The translations under genes and the position numbers were made by a program. The notes beneath the pieces are model-generated. The model ran no database searches. It saw only the letters and a list, made by a program, of their open reading frames with translations, and had not been told where the DNA came from. This document shows, in pieces, positions 1 to 12,140 of a stretch of DNA of 64,000 bases. How positions within the stretch are numbered: position 1 is the stretch's first letter; every line of letters starts with the position of its first letter. Source of the stretch: Felis catus (taxonomy: Eukaryota); the NCBI RefSeq assembly GCF_018350175.1, contig NC_058378.1:59458001-59522000 (forward strand), in the 5' to 3' direction.

Positions 1-792
1 ACCATCACTACCAAATTTTTAATATACTTTAAAACATTTTTGTTACTCTAAAAAGAAATCCCAGAACCCATTAGCAGTCACTGCCCATTCCCCAACCACC
101 TGAATTTCTATTACCAACTCTTCCCAAGCCTTAAGACAACCACTGCTCTTTCTGTCTGTATAGATTTGCCTATTCTTCACATCTCATGGATGTGAAATGA
201 TATACTGGCTGGTCTTTTATGACTGGCTTCTTTCACAACCTGTTAGGTGAATCCAGCTACCACATATGTCCCTTCTATTGCCAAATAATATTCCATTGTA
301 TGGATATATCTCATTTGATTTATCCACTTTTTAGATGAACATTTGAGTTGTTTCCACTTCCTGGCTATTCTGAATAATACTTCCATGAATAACTTTACAC
401 AGGTTTTTGTGAACATGTTTTCAAATGAAAAGATCTGGGGTGTATACCTGGAAATGTAATTGCTGAGTCATATGGTAATTCTGTGTTAAATGCTCTGAGG
501 AATTGCCGGACTGTTTTCCAAAGTGCACCATTTTACATTGCTACCAGAATGTATGAGGTTTCTAAGTTCTCCGCTTTCGTGCTGGCACTTGTTGTTATCT
601 GTTGTTTTTTATTATAGCCATAGTAAGGTGTTAAACAGTAGAATCTCCTTGTGGTTTTGATTCACATTTCGTATGCTTGTTGTCCATTCATGTAGCTTCC
701 TTGGAGAAATGTCTGTTGAAATCCTTTGCTTGTTTTTTAATTGGGTTTTTATCTTTTTATTATTGAATTGTAAGAATTCTCCATCTGTTTTT

Positions 793-996
793 GGGGCACC
801 TGGGTGGTTCAATTGGTTAAGCATCCAACTCTTGATTTCGGCTCAGGTCATAGTTCATGATCTCATAGTTCATGAGTTTGAATTGTTCATCGGGCTCTGC
901 ACTGATGGTGCAGAGCCTGCTTGGGATCCTCTCTCTCTGCCCCTCTCCCCAGCTCATTCTCTCTTTCTCAAAATAAATAAATAAACTTAAAAAAAA
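793..996 (+). mobile_element. CanSINE (tRNA-derived carnivore SINE)
   Basis: ggggcacctgggtgg head, (CT)n segment, aaataaataaa/A tail. Confidence 0.9.
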
Positions 997-998
997 TT

Positions 999-1225
999 GG
1001 GGGTGCCTGGGTGGCTCAGTTGGTTAAGCTTTCGACTCTCAGTTTCAGCTTAGGTCATGATCTCACAGTTTTGTGAGTCCGAGCTCCGCATCGGGCTCTG
1101 CGCTGACAGTGCAGAGCCTGCTTGGGATTTTCTCTCGCTCTTCCTCTCTCTCTGCCCCTCCCCTGCTCACGCTGTCTCTGTCTCCCTCAAAAATAAATAG
1201 ACTTAAAAGTTCAAAAAAAAAGAAA
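999..1225 (+). mobile_element. CanSINE in tandem with (inside the tail of) the previous SINE
   Basis: gggggtgcctgggtggctcagttggttaag head, CT tract, A tail. TSD aagaattctccat(c/t)tgtt at 772-789 and 1226-1243 flanks both SINEs. Confidence 0.9.
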
Positions 1226-1530
1226 AAGAATTCTCCATTTGTTCCAAAGACAAATCCCTTGTTAAGTATATAATTTGCAAATATATTCACCAGTTCTTTG
1301 TGTTGTCTTTTCATTGCCTTGATGGTATCACTTGTTAGAACAAAAGTTTTTTAACTGTGATGAGGTCCAGTTTTATTATTTTTCCTTTTGTTACTTAGGC
1401 TTTTAGTGTCATATCTAAGGGGACTTTGCTTAAGAGGGGCATAAGCACCTGGTATTAAATTTGCCATACTGTAAATTTGCCTTTTACATACAAACTAACT
1501 GATACGTTGTTGTCTAAAATGATGCTTCTC

Positions 1531-2010
1531 GGAGCACCTGGGTGGCTCAATTGGTTGAACATCCAACTCTTTTTTTTTTTTTTTTTTTTTTTTAATTTTT
1601 TTTTTTTTCAACGTTTATTTATTTTTGGGACAGAGAGAGACAGAGCATGAATGGGGGAGGGGCAGAGAGAGAGGGAGACACAGAATCGGAAACAGGCTCC
1701 AGGCTCTGAGCCATCAGCCCAGAGCCCGATGCGGGGCTCAAACTCACAGACCGCGAGATCGTGACCTGGCTGAAGCCGGACGCTTAACCGACTGCGCCAC
1801 CCAGGCGCCCCGAACATGCAACTCTTGATTTCAGCTCCAGTCATGATCTCATGGTTTGAGGAATCAAGCCCCGCTAGGAGCTCTGCGCTGATAGCACAGA
1901 ACCTGCTTAAGATTTTCTCTCTCCCTCTGTCTCTCTTTGCCCTTGACCCACTTGTGCGCACGTGCTTTCTCCCTCTCTCAAAATAAACATTTTTTTAATA
2001 CGTTAAAAAT
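1531..2010 (+). mobile_element. Older CanSINE split by a younger antisense SINE
   Basis: Head at 1531-1571 resumes at 1812; CT tract and A tail run to about 2010. Confidence 0.85.
1572..1811 (-). mobile_element. Young felid CanSINE (SINEC_Fc-type), nested
   Basis: Full-length, CpG-rich, long poly(T). TSD gaacat(c/g)caactctt at 1557-1571 and 1812-1826. Confidence 0.92.
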
Positions 2011-2019
2011 AAATAAAAA

Positions 2020-2180
2020 TGTGATTTCTCAAATTCTAATATGCACAGGCATCAACTTGCTGAAATGCAGATTTTGACTTGATAGGTGTGGAGTGGGACC
2101 TGAGAGATGCTGCGTTTCTCACAGGTTCTCAGATAGATGGCAGTGCTTCTGGTCCAGGGACCATAATTTCAGTAGCTAGG
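2020..2180. mobile_element. MER5-like (hAT-Charlie) DNA transposon relic
   Basis: gaaatgcagattttg...gtgggacctgagag...ctggtccagggacca motifs resemble MER5A. Confidence 0.55.
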
Positions 2181-2729
2181 ACCTAGCAGTTGTTTATATT
2201 TTATATCAAAGCAACAGGAACAGTGAAGATTAATTAAGAAAAGTAATCTCTGTATTTTGTATTTTAACTCTTTTGCTGTAGTTGCCCTTCATAAGATACG
2301 CATGCTCTGTTAGAGAAGAAACCTTTGAGAAATCTTAAGCTGATGAATGTTTTGTTGTTGTTGTTTCGGTTTCTAATCGCGAAAGATTTTAGGCTGGCCA
2401 TCTTTGCTAATGTGGAATTAAAACAAAAGAATTTAATACCAAAACTTTTATATTAGTCAGCCTAACATTTTACTTAATCTTCTCAAATGTGATTCTCCAC
2501 ACAGGTGTTGGTGAGGAAAACATCTTGCTTTTATTTTATACTTTTTTTAATTTAAAGTTAGACCACAAAATGTGAAAATCGATTACCATAAATTTTCAGA
2601 GAAACATACAATATAAAGATGTTACTGCTTTTTTTATCAAAAGCCTGTTTGATGGTTAGTTTTATAAGGATTAATTCATAATCTGACTTCACTTTGTCCT
2701 GTTTCCCCCCCCCCCCTTCCCTTTTCTAG

Positions 2730-2765
2730 GGGCAGCTTCATGACTTCTGGGTACCAGATTCTTAA
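2730..2765 (+). CDS. SLF2: SMC5/6 complex localization factor 2 (FAM178A), last coding exon GQLHDFWVPDS*
   Basis: Polypyrimidine tract + TAG acceptor (2728-2729), then GGG CAG CTT CAT GAC TTC TGG GTA CCA GAT TCT TAA. This matches the recalled SLF2 C-terminus and synteny upstream of SEMA4G. Confidence 0.9.
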   Translation, partial: GQLHDFWVPDS

Positions 2766-5700
2766 CAGGAGTTGAAGCAGCAAAAATATGAACCAAGAGA
2801 AATTCAATAAGAGTTTTTCCTAGAGGAGTAGAAAGAATACTACAGACTCCAGTGGAATGCTTAGAAAATGCGCTGCAATGTGCCACTTGAATGTCTAGTA
2901 TGAAGCTGGTAATGAAGAAATTGCCGTTTCTGAAGCAGACATGAAACGTGATCTGCTTAATTTTAAGGCAACTGGCCTTTTAAAAAGAGCAGAATCCTAT
3001 AACAAGAGGGGAGGGGTAGAAGCAGCTAATAGTTGCATGTCGAATCTGCCCCTATTAACTGCTCTTGTTAAATTGTAAGCCAGTTATCCTTTTTTTTTTT
3101 TTTTTTTTTTTTGGATTGTATTTATGGCACTTGGATAATCACAGGAAATATGTAGGAAAGGGTTTGGACCAACTTGAGCAGTTGGACATGGAAATCAAGA
3201 CCAAGTTCCAGTTGAGTTTAATTTTCTCTTGGTTATTTTAGGACTCAAAAAGAAATCTTAGAACTGAGTTTAATAACAAAAAGGATAAATCTTTTCTGTA
3301 ACTCCTATAAACCACAGGGAGATTTCAATCCATACATTTTCCTTCACTATTCAAGATTATAAATCTGTTAGGTTTTTAAAATACATTTAAAGAGTTGAGA
3401 AACACAAATTTGGTATAGTGTTAGATCCTCCTTAAGGGGAAGAAGTTAAGCTATAAAATAGTATCTCCGTTTTTATGCCAAAACATTCATATGCCGTTTG
3501 TTTTGGATTCCTTTTAAGTGTATATATATTTTTTAAATACTGGTTAAATCTTAGATCCTTGGCTAAATCTTAGAATTCTGGCCCTTGGTTAGCCATATTA
3601 CAGAAGTCTATATTATAGAAGCTTAACGATCTGGACAAGTTTCCAAAAACCTTACTTTTCATGAGTATATGAGCTTGGTAGAGACCTGGATGGAGTTTAT
3701 TCTTTGGAATATTGCACACGTTGTGTGTGCTTGTATTTTAAAGTTGTTGCACTTGAAAACCACAGCTGCTCTAAATTCTTAAACACTGGAAAGCCATCCT
3801 TTGGTTTAAATGGTGGAGGGTTAGTAGAAGTGCACATGCTGATCTTAGCCCAAGGGCCCTTTGAAGCCTTTGGTAGTAATAGACTCTTACTAGCTAACTG
3901 AAAAATTCTTTTGTTGATTGTCCTTTTAGGACGGTTTGTTTCTTGAATGAAAATGCCAACTTTTTTCTTTCAATGTTGACTTGGATGACACTGCTTTCCT
4001 GAGCATTCTCATGTCTCCAGTTGTGGTGGGGGAAGGACGATGGAGAGGAAGGGAATTGGACTGCGCGTTTATGATTTGAGAGGGGAGAAAATAAATTTTG
4101 ACAAAATAGCTTTCTACCTCTAAATTGAGGCTTAGGAGAAAAAAGCATTTTATCTTAAATTTATCATTTACAATAGTATAAATTGTAACTTTTGAGCCCA
4201 TGTCAGGCATTGAGCAGTTAGAGATTTTATAGGGAAGACTTAGTAAATCCAGTTCCCAAGAACCCCAGCTGAATGAGGCTCCAAGAGTCAGACCAACAAA
4301 AGTTTTATTCTGTGTTGAGTTTACTGGTAAGAATATTATTATCTTGATACTACCTCTCAAGGGTATTATTAGAAAATGCCACTTATGGTTAATGAGATAG
4401 ATACAAAGAGTTCTATTTGACAGAAGCTTGAAACTCTGGCATCTATCTGCCCAACAATGGGGGCTTTCACTCTTTGTNNNNNNNNNNNNNNNNNNNNNNN
4501 NNNNNNNNNNNNNNNNNNNNNNNNNNNNNNNNNNNNNNNNNNNNNNNNNNNNNNNNNNNNNNNNNNNNNNNNNNNNNNNNNNNNNNNNNNNNNNNNNNNN
4601 NNNNNNNNNNNNNNNNNNNNNNNNNNNNNNNNNNNNNNNNNNNNNNNNNNNNNNNNNNNNNNNNNNNNNNNNNNNNNNNCCCTTTTGTATCGCAGTTTCA
4701 ACAGATAACTGCTCATCAAATTTAAAACCACTTTGATACATTTTTATTTAGCAGTTCCAATAAGAAAAGTCTCTATTTTTAATTGCCTTTCTTCATTAGA
4801 GAAAAAGACTTCATCTGTCCCTTTAAAAATGGCCAGACATCGGTTTGGGCCCTTGTATTTATGACTCTGGTTAGATATCTCCATCTCCAGGTCATACTCC
4901 AGTCAGTATTTGCATTGGGTTCTCATACAAATCCTGTGATTCTCTTCTAGCACAAGTAGCCCGTGACTTTTCTCCCAAATCAAGGATTATCCTTCTCCCT
5001 CTTGAGTCCCCATGTTTTGTCTCCCTCCTGCTGTTGTTGCCCAGCGAATGGGATGGTAGCGGGGGAGAAGATGTTCATTGCACAGAGAATGTCAGGCCAC
5101 TTTTGGGACTTGGCAAACAAAGCTTGCACTGAGTGGTGGTGTGTTTGGCAATATTACTGTGCCAAAAATAATCTTGTCTAATTTTCTGGATATGTATGTC
5201 AAACTTATTACCCTTCTTGCAAGCTAAAAATTAAGGTACTTGTAAGTGTTTATGCTTTTGTGTGTAACTGTTTGCCTTTTCTAAACTGTTTTTCTCATTA
5301 TCAGAAAATAATAATTCTATTCGTTATATCATGTTAAGTGAAGAGGCTCTCTGTGCACAAAACGCATCTATGTAGCAGTAAAGTAACAGCATTTGTACAT
5401 TTCCTATCTCCTGATGGCAGTGGTGCCTTTGTCACCTTTCAGAAGGTTGGCGTTTGGTTTTGTTTTGCAGTACAAATAATAGCTTGCTTTTGACTTCACA
5501 AAAATCTCCCCAGATGTAAAAGAGAGATAAAGATGTGTTGTCATCCAGGCTCAGTTAGAGCATTTGCATTTTTATTTCTATCAAAACAAGTATAGTTGGT
5601 GGGGACTGGCCAGTAATAATGTGTGGAGTCTTTAAACCAAGGGTAATTTTTAAATTTAAAAATAAAAAATTTAAGAGGTGACCCATTAACAAGTGACTGA

Positions 5701-6025
5701 GTTGGAAAATTAGGGAAGGGACTGTCCTGGTTTGTCTCTAAGGAGGCAAGATTAGGGTACCGGTGGCTGGGCATGTAGAGCATGAACCGTGGTTGTTATT
5801 TCTTACTCATTAACAGTGTTGGTGCACCTCATTATCTGTGCATTTGTTTTCCCTGGGCAGTCCTGTCAGTGAGTTAATCCACCAGCTCTTAGGCAGTTCA
5901 AAAGTAAATGCAGATTTCTTTTCCTCTTTCCTTTTTTTTTTTTTTAAAGATTTTTTTACTACATCTTGTTTAAAGTCCCATGAATGTATGTGTGTGTTAT
6001 TAAAAATGCTTTTTCTCAGTTTGAA
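2766..6025 (+). other. SLF2: SLF2 3'UTR (~3.2 kb, AU-rich, includes N gap 4478-4679)
   Basis: Repeat-poor AT-rich sequence after the stop, ending at ATTAAA 5999-6004. Confidence 0.65.
5999..6004 (+). terminator. Candidate SLF2 polyadenylation signal ATTAAA
   Basis: Upstream TGTA and downstream GT-rich tract (tgtgtttggtaatatttgttt). Confidence 0.6.
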
Positions 6026-6789
6026 CATGTGTTTGGTAATATTTGTTTGGGAGTGGGGAATGGTGAAGTCTATGGAATGTGCTGTTTCTTCCCCTGCCCC
6101 ATCCCCTAGTTTTTAAACTGAATTTTTTTCCCCTCTTGCTTTGGATTCTTCAGTCTGTCTTTTAGCTTGATGTCTCCTATTTCTGGAAAACATAAAGCTA
6201 TGGTAGCACACAGTTCACTTTTACATAACCCATATAATAATCTGCTGCATACTTGGCAGTCAGCAATTCAGTAATCTCATTCTTCCATTACCCCATTCAC
6301 TAGGTTCATCAACAACTATTGCGTACCTGCTACATGCTAGGCACTCTTGAGGATTCAGTGGCGAACAACACAGAGCTCTCCTGAGTCTTACCTTTCTGGT
6401 ATCCAGGTGAAAATACTTTGGTGCTCAGCAAAGTGGACCGGAAAGGAATACCATTGGCCTGGCTCCCTTGTTCTAGAGCCCAGGGCAAAGAAAGGAGAAG
6501 CCATACAATGCAGAGGCAGGGCTCGGGACCACCTCCAACCTGGCATGCAGATACGGTTGTGGGTATGCCAGCTGAGGGGAGACACAGGTTGACGACAACT
6601 CACAGGAGAAACTGTTAATGAGCTTATAGAAGGGTTACCAGAGGCCTCAGTTTCCAGAACCATACCAGTATTTCTGTCTTCTGACAGGCTGGTTTGGAGG
6701 AGACCACTTGTGAGCATTTTAGAGGTGGGAGGAGTGACAGCCAGGTGGAAGCATAGGTGCTGCCTGAAGTACAGAGAGACAGGCAGTAC

Positions 6790-7020
6790 AGCCTTGTGCA
6801 AGTTAAGAGCCTTGACCTTGACCTTAGTCCTGACCTCAGATCCCAGACTGACCATGCCAAACCCTTGATCTTTGTCAAGTTACTTGTCTGAACCTTCACT
6901 TCTTCATCTGTTAAAAGGAATAATAATGATGTCTATCTCAGAACTTGTGAGGATTAAGTGAACTAATCCATGAAAAGTTCTTAGCAAGGTGCCTGACATA
7001 TATGCTAAGTGTTATTATTT
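6790..7020 (+). mobile_element. MIR SINE relic
   Basis: MIR core: cttcatctgttaaaaggaataataa...ttgtgaggattaagtga...cttagcaaggtgcctgac. Confidence 0.65.
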
Positions 7021-7206
7021 AGCTCCAATTCAAAGCTCTTCTCAAATGACAGCTAAAATTGAACTTAAGGCACTTGGTGGGAGCGGGGGTGCAGTTCACT
7101 GACATCTAAGCAAACCAGATATTAAAATTGTAGTGTGGGTGTGCTCTATGCCTTCTGACAGCTTCAGAGGCTTCTCTGTCCAGCTCTGTCTCTACTGGTT
7201 AAAAAA

Positions 7207-7208
<2 letters not shown>

Positions 7209-7262
<54 letters not shown>
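7209..7262. repeat. (TA)n microsatellite
   Basis: Perfect AT dinucleotide run. Confidence 0.95.
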
Positions 7263-7265
<3 letters not shown>

Positions 7266-10200
7266 TTTGTGACGTTTTTTAGGACTCAGCATGCTAATAC
7301 TGAGAAGGGGTGGTGGTTGGTGATTTTCCAGCATTTGTGGACATGTCCTGACACTCCCTTTTCCTTGCTAACCATTCCCCAGGCCGGAGTCAAGAGAGGG
7401 CAAACCAGAAGGCCCAGCTTTGGGTCTGACTCCAAGACGACTGGCTGGGAGGAAAACTTAACAGGCAAAACAGGCTTCTGAGGCACAGTGGAACAGTGAG
7501 ACTACAGCATTGGTGCCCTGGTGACAGTCCCTACCGAAGAAGCACCTCAGCTATACATATGGCCAAAGTAAAGATCACGCCACCCAAAGGGAGAGTGCTG
7601 GGCAAACCAGAGGTGGAGATGGCAAAGCAGGAACAGAAATGCTGCTGCCACAGTGAACAGGAAGCAGGACAACTTGACTAGGCCAGAGTTCTTTGCCTCA
7701 GGGAACCTCTGCTCAAGTTTCAGGAGTTCATACCTACCCCCTTCACCTAGGATCCCTGCTACAGTGAGTAACTGCTCTGTGCGAAGCCTGGAGCAAACAC
7801 TGGTGTGTAGGTGGCTGAGGACAACAGCCACTTTCTTACAGTGGAGTTGGGGACAATAGTCTAGCAAAAACAAAAGCACGTTTTATGTTCCGTGCTTGTG
7901 AAGTACAACAGAAGGTTTTCAGATGGGGTCCTCTCACAGCCACCCTGTGAAGCAGCTGGGGTTAGTGACTTTAAGGATGACTAACGACCTGCTCAAAGAA
8001 TGCCCTGCCTGTGTCCCAGGGCACAGATTCATGGCTAGATTAGGGTTCGTTTCTTGCTTTGATTTTGAGCCGCCTCCACTGTCGGTATTCCCCTCATTCA
8101 TATTTTATCAGCTTGATTGCAGAGAAGAGCATGGTCCATCAAAGGGGCTTCTCATAGAAAGTTCCATTAATTGTCATGACATCTGATCGTTTCATTAGGT
8201 TCAGAGATTGAAGTGGAAGGACAGCAGAGAGAAATGGATTGTGATCTAAATCTATATTATCAGAGATACACTGCTCAACTACTGTCTTGCAAGCGCCATG
8301 CTGGAACTCCGCATTGTAATTTACACATTTTGTTCATTTGGAATGTGTGAGGTTCTGAGTCTGCCATCGTACGCCTTGGAGGAGAAAGGCTTGCCTCACA
8401 GTGTAGGCAAGTGGGATGCTAAACTTGCCACCACATCACTACAGCTGCACAGGTACCTGAAGTCAGCGCTGTGAGTTCTGTGAGAACATGAGCTGCGTCT
8501 CTTAGCCCACTGGGCCCCTGCAGTTTCATTTGTCTCCTGTCTGGTATGATGGGGCTAGCAGCCTTCCTGCCTTCCCTCCACTGTCACCCCCAACCCACTT
8601 GCCCACAGGACTGCAGATTTATTTTTCTTAGCCATGGCTTTCCTGGACTTCCCAGCGTGGACTTCCTTGATCTATCAGGATTTTCTTCTGTGGTCTTTCT
8701 GGAACTATTTGCTGACTTTTCCCTTCTAGTTCCCACTAGGAGCCCTCCCATCTCATCACATCAAACTCACTTTTCTCTTTCACACCCATTCCCTTCTGCC
8801 TACTCCTCCAGTATACGTCTGTGCATGTTTCTGCCTTTGATAATTCCCCTTCAGGTTTACCCTGTATCTCTCTTCTCAGGTTTTTCCGGTACAGATTCTC
8901 CTCTCTGTAAACACAACAGTGAATTTCAAGGCCAGTTACTTAACCTCTTAGAGCCCGTTTTTCCATCTATAGAATGGGGCTATTAATCCCTCAGGACAGA
9001 ATGAGGGTACGGTGTTTTTAAATGAAGCCTGATAGTCTTTGTAAGTGTATGTGTACGCTTTACCATATGCATTTCTCTCAGCTGCCTCCCTCTCCGCATA
9101 CACACACATCCTATTTAGAGTGCTGGGGAAGTGGAAGTGTAGCGTGGGCCCTGCTGTCTAGCGATCTGGAGTCACACACAGCAGCCCAGACTACAAGACT
9201 GTGTATGATGAAGTGCCAAACTAGCTTTGGGGGATATTCAGGAAAGAGGGGTGACATGTCTTTCCCAGGGTCCCTTCAGTTCAATAATGACAAGAGCCAC
9301 TTGAATCTTGTTCACCTTCTCTCAGGCCAGTGTTCACCTGCCTGTTCCCTGACCCCCTGCCTCTCCAGAGCTCAGACACCCAGGTACCTGCAAGAGTCAG
9401 TTACCTATGTCCCTGTGGCCTTCATCATTTAAGTCCTGCTCTTAGGCCCATTGCAATACTGGCATAAATGATGGAGGGAGGAGCAGGCCAGGTCATGGCT
9501 AGAGCTCCGGTTTGATTCAAACCCTAGAGGGGTCTTAAACAGGCCCTGAGGCAGAGGCATGGCCTGAGTTGCAGGGAAACCGCAGCACCAAATGTTGCAT
9601 GGGAGGACCATCATGGTTGAGTCTGAGGAGTTGGGGAGTTGATTCTGAGGGGGGCTTCCTAGATCGCTGCGGGGTGAGGTGGTTGAGCCTAGGAGGGACA
9701 GACAGAATGTCTAATTGCCTATGAGGAGAGTTCACTGGAAGATCTGGAGTAAAAATGATGTTCAACATGAGCTGGAAGGGAAGGAAGGCAGTTATCCGAG
9801 TGACCCAGTCCCTGAGGAGGTGAACCCCGTTACTAAAAGGTTTGGTTGAATGGACAGGTACAAACGGTTGTGGCTTATTCAGAAAAAAAGCATTTTCTGT
9901 GTGAATTTCTTGCCAAGCTGTTACTTCATCCTTCCAAGCCCAACTCCTTTCACCCACTCACAGTCAAGCTGAAGGACCAGGCAGCCGGAGGCTGTGAAGC
10001 TGGGAATCCAGACCCAGTTCTATGTTCAGAGCTGCCCCCAAGGCTTGGCCTCCACCTACCCTGGCCCTCAGCACCCTGGGCAGAGAGCCCAAGAGCGTAG
10101 CAGGAACGCAAGAAGTGAGGTCCATATTAGAAGACTGGTCAGAGGGCCCTCGGAAAGTTAAGCCCCCAGAGAACAGGTTTGCAAGTCCCCAGCAGTAGGC

Positions 10201-10299
10201 AAGTCAGAGGGGTCCTGGGGTTAGAGGGGAGGCAAGGTGGGCCAGAAGCCCATGGAGAGAGCGCAGGGGTGGTGAGGCCACCACCAGGGGGCGATACTG

Positions 10300-10900
10300 G
10301 TGCTGCTGCCCTTGAGGGTGGAGGACGCCAGATGCCCGGAGGCCGTGTGAGCCTTGGCCTCAAACCTTTATTGTGTAGGGTGGGGGGTGCGAAAGAAGAG
10401 AGCGGCGCCCTTCCCTGCACCCCACCCTGTCGGCCCCGCCTCCCTGGCCCCGCCTTCCAGCCCCCGCCCCACCCCCGGCTCCGCCTCCACCCCCCGCCCC
10501 GCCTCCGGCCGCAGCCCCTTCCTCCCGCAGCTGGTGCTGTGGGGCCGCGGAGCAGCGCGTCGCCGTCTCTATGGCCGGGGATCCAAGCGCAAAGGTGAGA
10601 GAGGCAGGGAGCGCGGGCGGCGGCGGGGCCTGGGCCGGGGGGCGGAGGCCAGGCCAGGCCTTCCCCACATCCATTCCACCCTCCAAGCTGGGCCAGGCCT
10701 TTCTCACCGTCAAGTCCCGGGTCCTGCTATAAAGGCGCTGGAGGGGCGCGGGCCAGGCCTCCTGCCGTGCAGGGCGCAGACCCGCCACCGCGGAGTCGGG
10801 GACCGGCGCGGGGCGGGGACCCGCGTGGCGAACAGTGTTCCCCGGGATCTGGGTCACGTCTCCTGGCGTCCGGCGGGATCGAAGGAGAGCTTGTCCTCGA
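10300..10900 (+). promoter_or_regulatory. SEMA4G: SEMA4G CpG-island promoter with probable non-coding first exon (donor AAG|GTGAGA after 10594)
   Basis: High CpG density, multiple GC boxes (ccccgcccc), strong donor, TATAAAG at 10728-10734. Confidence 0.7.
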
Positions 10901-11530
10901 GCTGCAGCAGTAGAGACAGAGGTTAGATCTGAGGAGAGGGAAGACCCTCATACTGTCCAGGATGATGGAAGGAGAGGGTAGCGGGGGAAGGGCTCTCAGG
11001 CCAGAAGAGACGGCCATCCTACTGGGCGGAGGGGAATGCCGCCTACACTAAGCAGGTGGACGTCTGGGATGAAGGTCGAGAGCCTGCTGATCCAACATCG
11101 ATCCTGTTTTGGGGGGGAGGGGGTGCCTCCGTTCCTCAGTTTCTTGAGCCCTAGGATCTAATACTCGGAAGGTGATCAGAGTTCAGGGGGCTGGCCCTAG
11201 GGAGGAACCCAAACTGTGGGACTGGGGGTGGAGTGTGGGGTGTAGACTGGAGACCTTGAAGCCTTGTCGCCACTGGGGGAGGGAGGGCAGCCGCTCCGCC
11301 CCCCGTTTAGCCCCGCCCTCCCTCCCAACAGGTTAAATGGAGGCTGAGAGCCCCTGCCCAACTCCCATATCTAGAACGGCAGCATACAGGGGAGTGGAGC
11401 GGTGCTAAGTTCCATTCCATCTTTCTTTTGCTAAAGCGAGGGGCCTCCTTCCGTCTGGGTTAGGTACCCCTTCCTTTGCAGAGAAGCCCGTTGCATTTGA
11501 ACATCTGAGGTCAGATGCCTCCCTACATCA

Positions 11531-11531
<1 letters not shown>

Positions 11532-11573
<42 letters not shown>
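11532..11573. repeat. (CA)n microsatellite
   Basis: Perfect CA run. Confidence 0.95.
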
Positions 11574-11574
<1 letters not shown>

Positions 11575-11689
11575 TTGGAATCTGGCCTTAAAATTGGGAC
11601 TTTGAGGAAGGGAGGTAGTGCTGCTCTGCACCTCAGTGGACACTGGCAGCCTCCAACCCTGCAGTGAAAACTGGACCCCTGTTTGAACA

Positions 11690-12140
11690 TATGCTGCCTC
11701 TGCACACATGTAATTTGTGTGCCTGAGCACTGTGTGAACATACATGTACTTGACCCTTCTGTTAACATGAACATGCCTGACTTACTGTATCAGTGGGTTT
11801 GTGTGCATGCCCCTACACATATGTATGTGCACGACCTTTCTGTGAATAGGTGTACAATCCTTCATATGCACACGTGTGGATTTATAACCCTCCTTAACTT
11901 CTGAGGCTGTGCGATCTGCTGAATGAATGGATGAGAATATGTGAATAGAGCCTTATTTGTCAATGTGTATGAACGCATCTGGCAGGCCCTTTATATGAGC
12001 ATATGTGTGCACAAACCTCCCTGTGAATGTATGTGTGCATGACTCTCCTATGAGTACATTTGTGCACAGCCCTTCTGTGAACATGTGTGTATGTGCACCT
12101 ATTGTGTGCACATCACCCCCTTCTGGACATGTGTGACTTC
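11690..12140. repeat. Degenerate ~27-28 bp minisatellite (consensus ~CCCTTCTGTGAACATATGTGTGCAYGA)
   Basis: Consecutive units near 11987-12100 (cctccctgtgaatgtatgtgtgcatga / ctctcctatgagtacatttgtgcacag / cccttctgtgaacatgtgtgtatgtgcac), with similar units upstream. Confidence 0.55.

Larger units (their letters stand above)
1..1430 (-). mobile_element. Old L1 (L1M-like) 3' ORF2/3'UTR fragment in the SLF2 last intron, interrupted by two SINEs at 793-1225
   Basis: Typical antisense L1 text (ttccattgtatggatata..., gtaattgctgagtcatatggtaattct..., ggagaaatgtct..., tttgcaaatatattc); no intact ORF. Confidence 0.75.

Noticed and set aside
1608-1961. Recurrent ORFs with 'GAPGWRSRLSVRLQPGHDL...' or 'MAQSVKRPTSAQ...' (also 30551, 60508, 62075, 62450)
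   Set aside because: These are translations of CanSINE copies, not a gene family.
3926-4741. Long ORFs spanning N runs (also 24254-24762, 44125-44781)
   Set aside because: Their length is an artefact of gap characters.
11690-12140. Repeat-spacer-like periodicity suggesting a CRISPR array
   Set aside because: Mammalian DNA, degenerate units without unique spacers, no cas genes.
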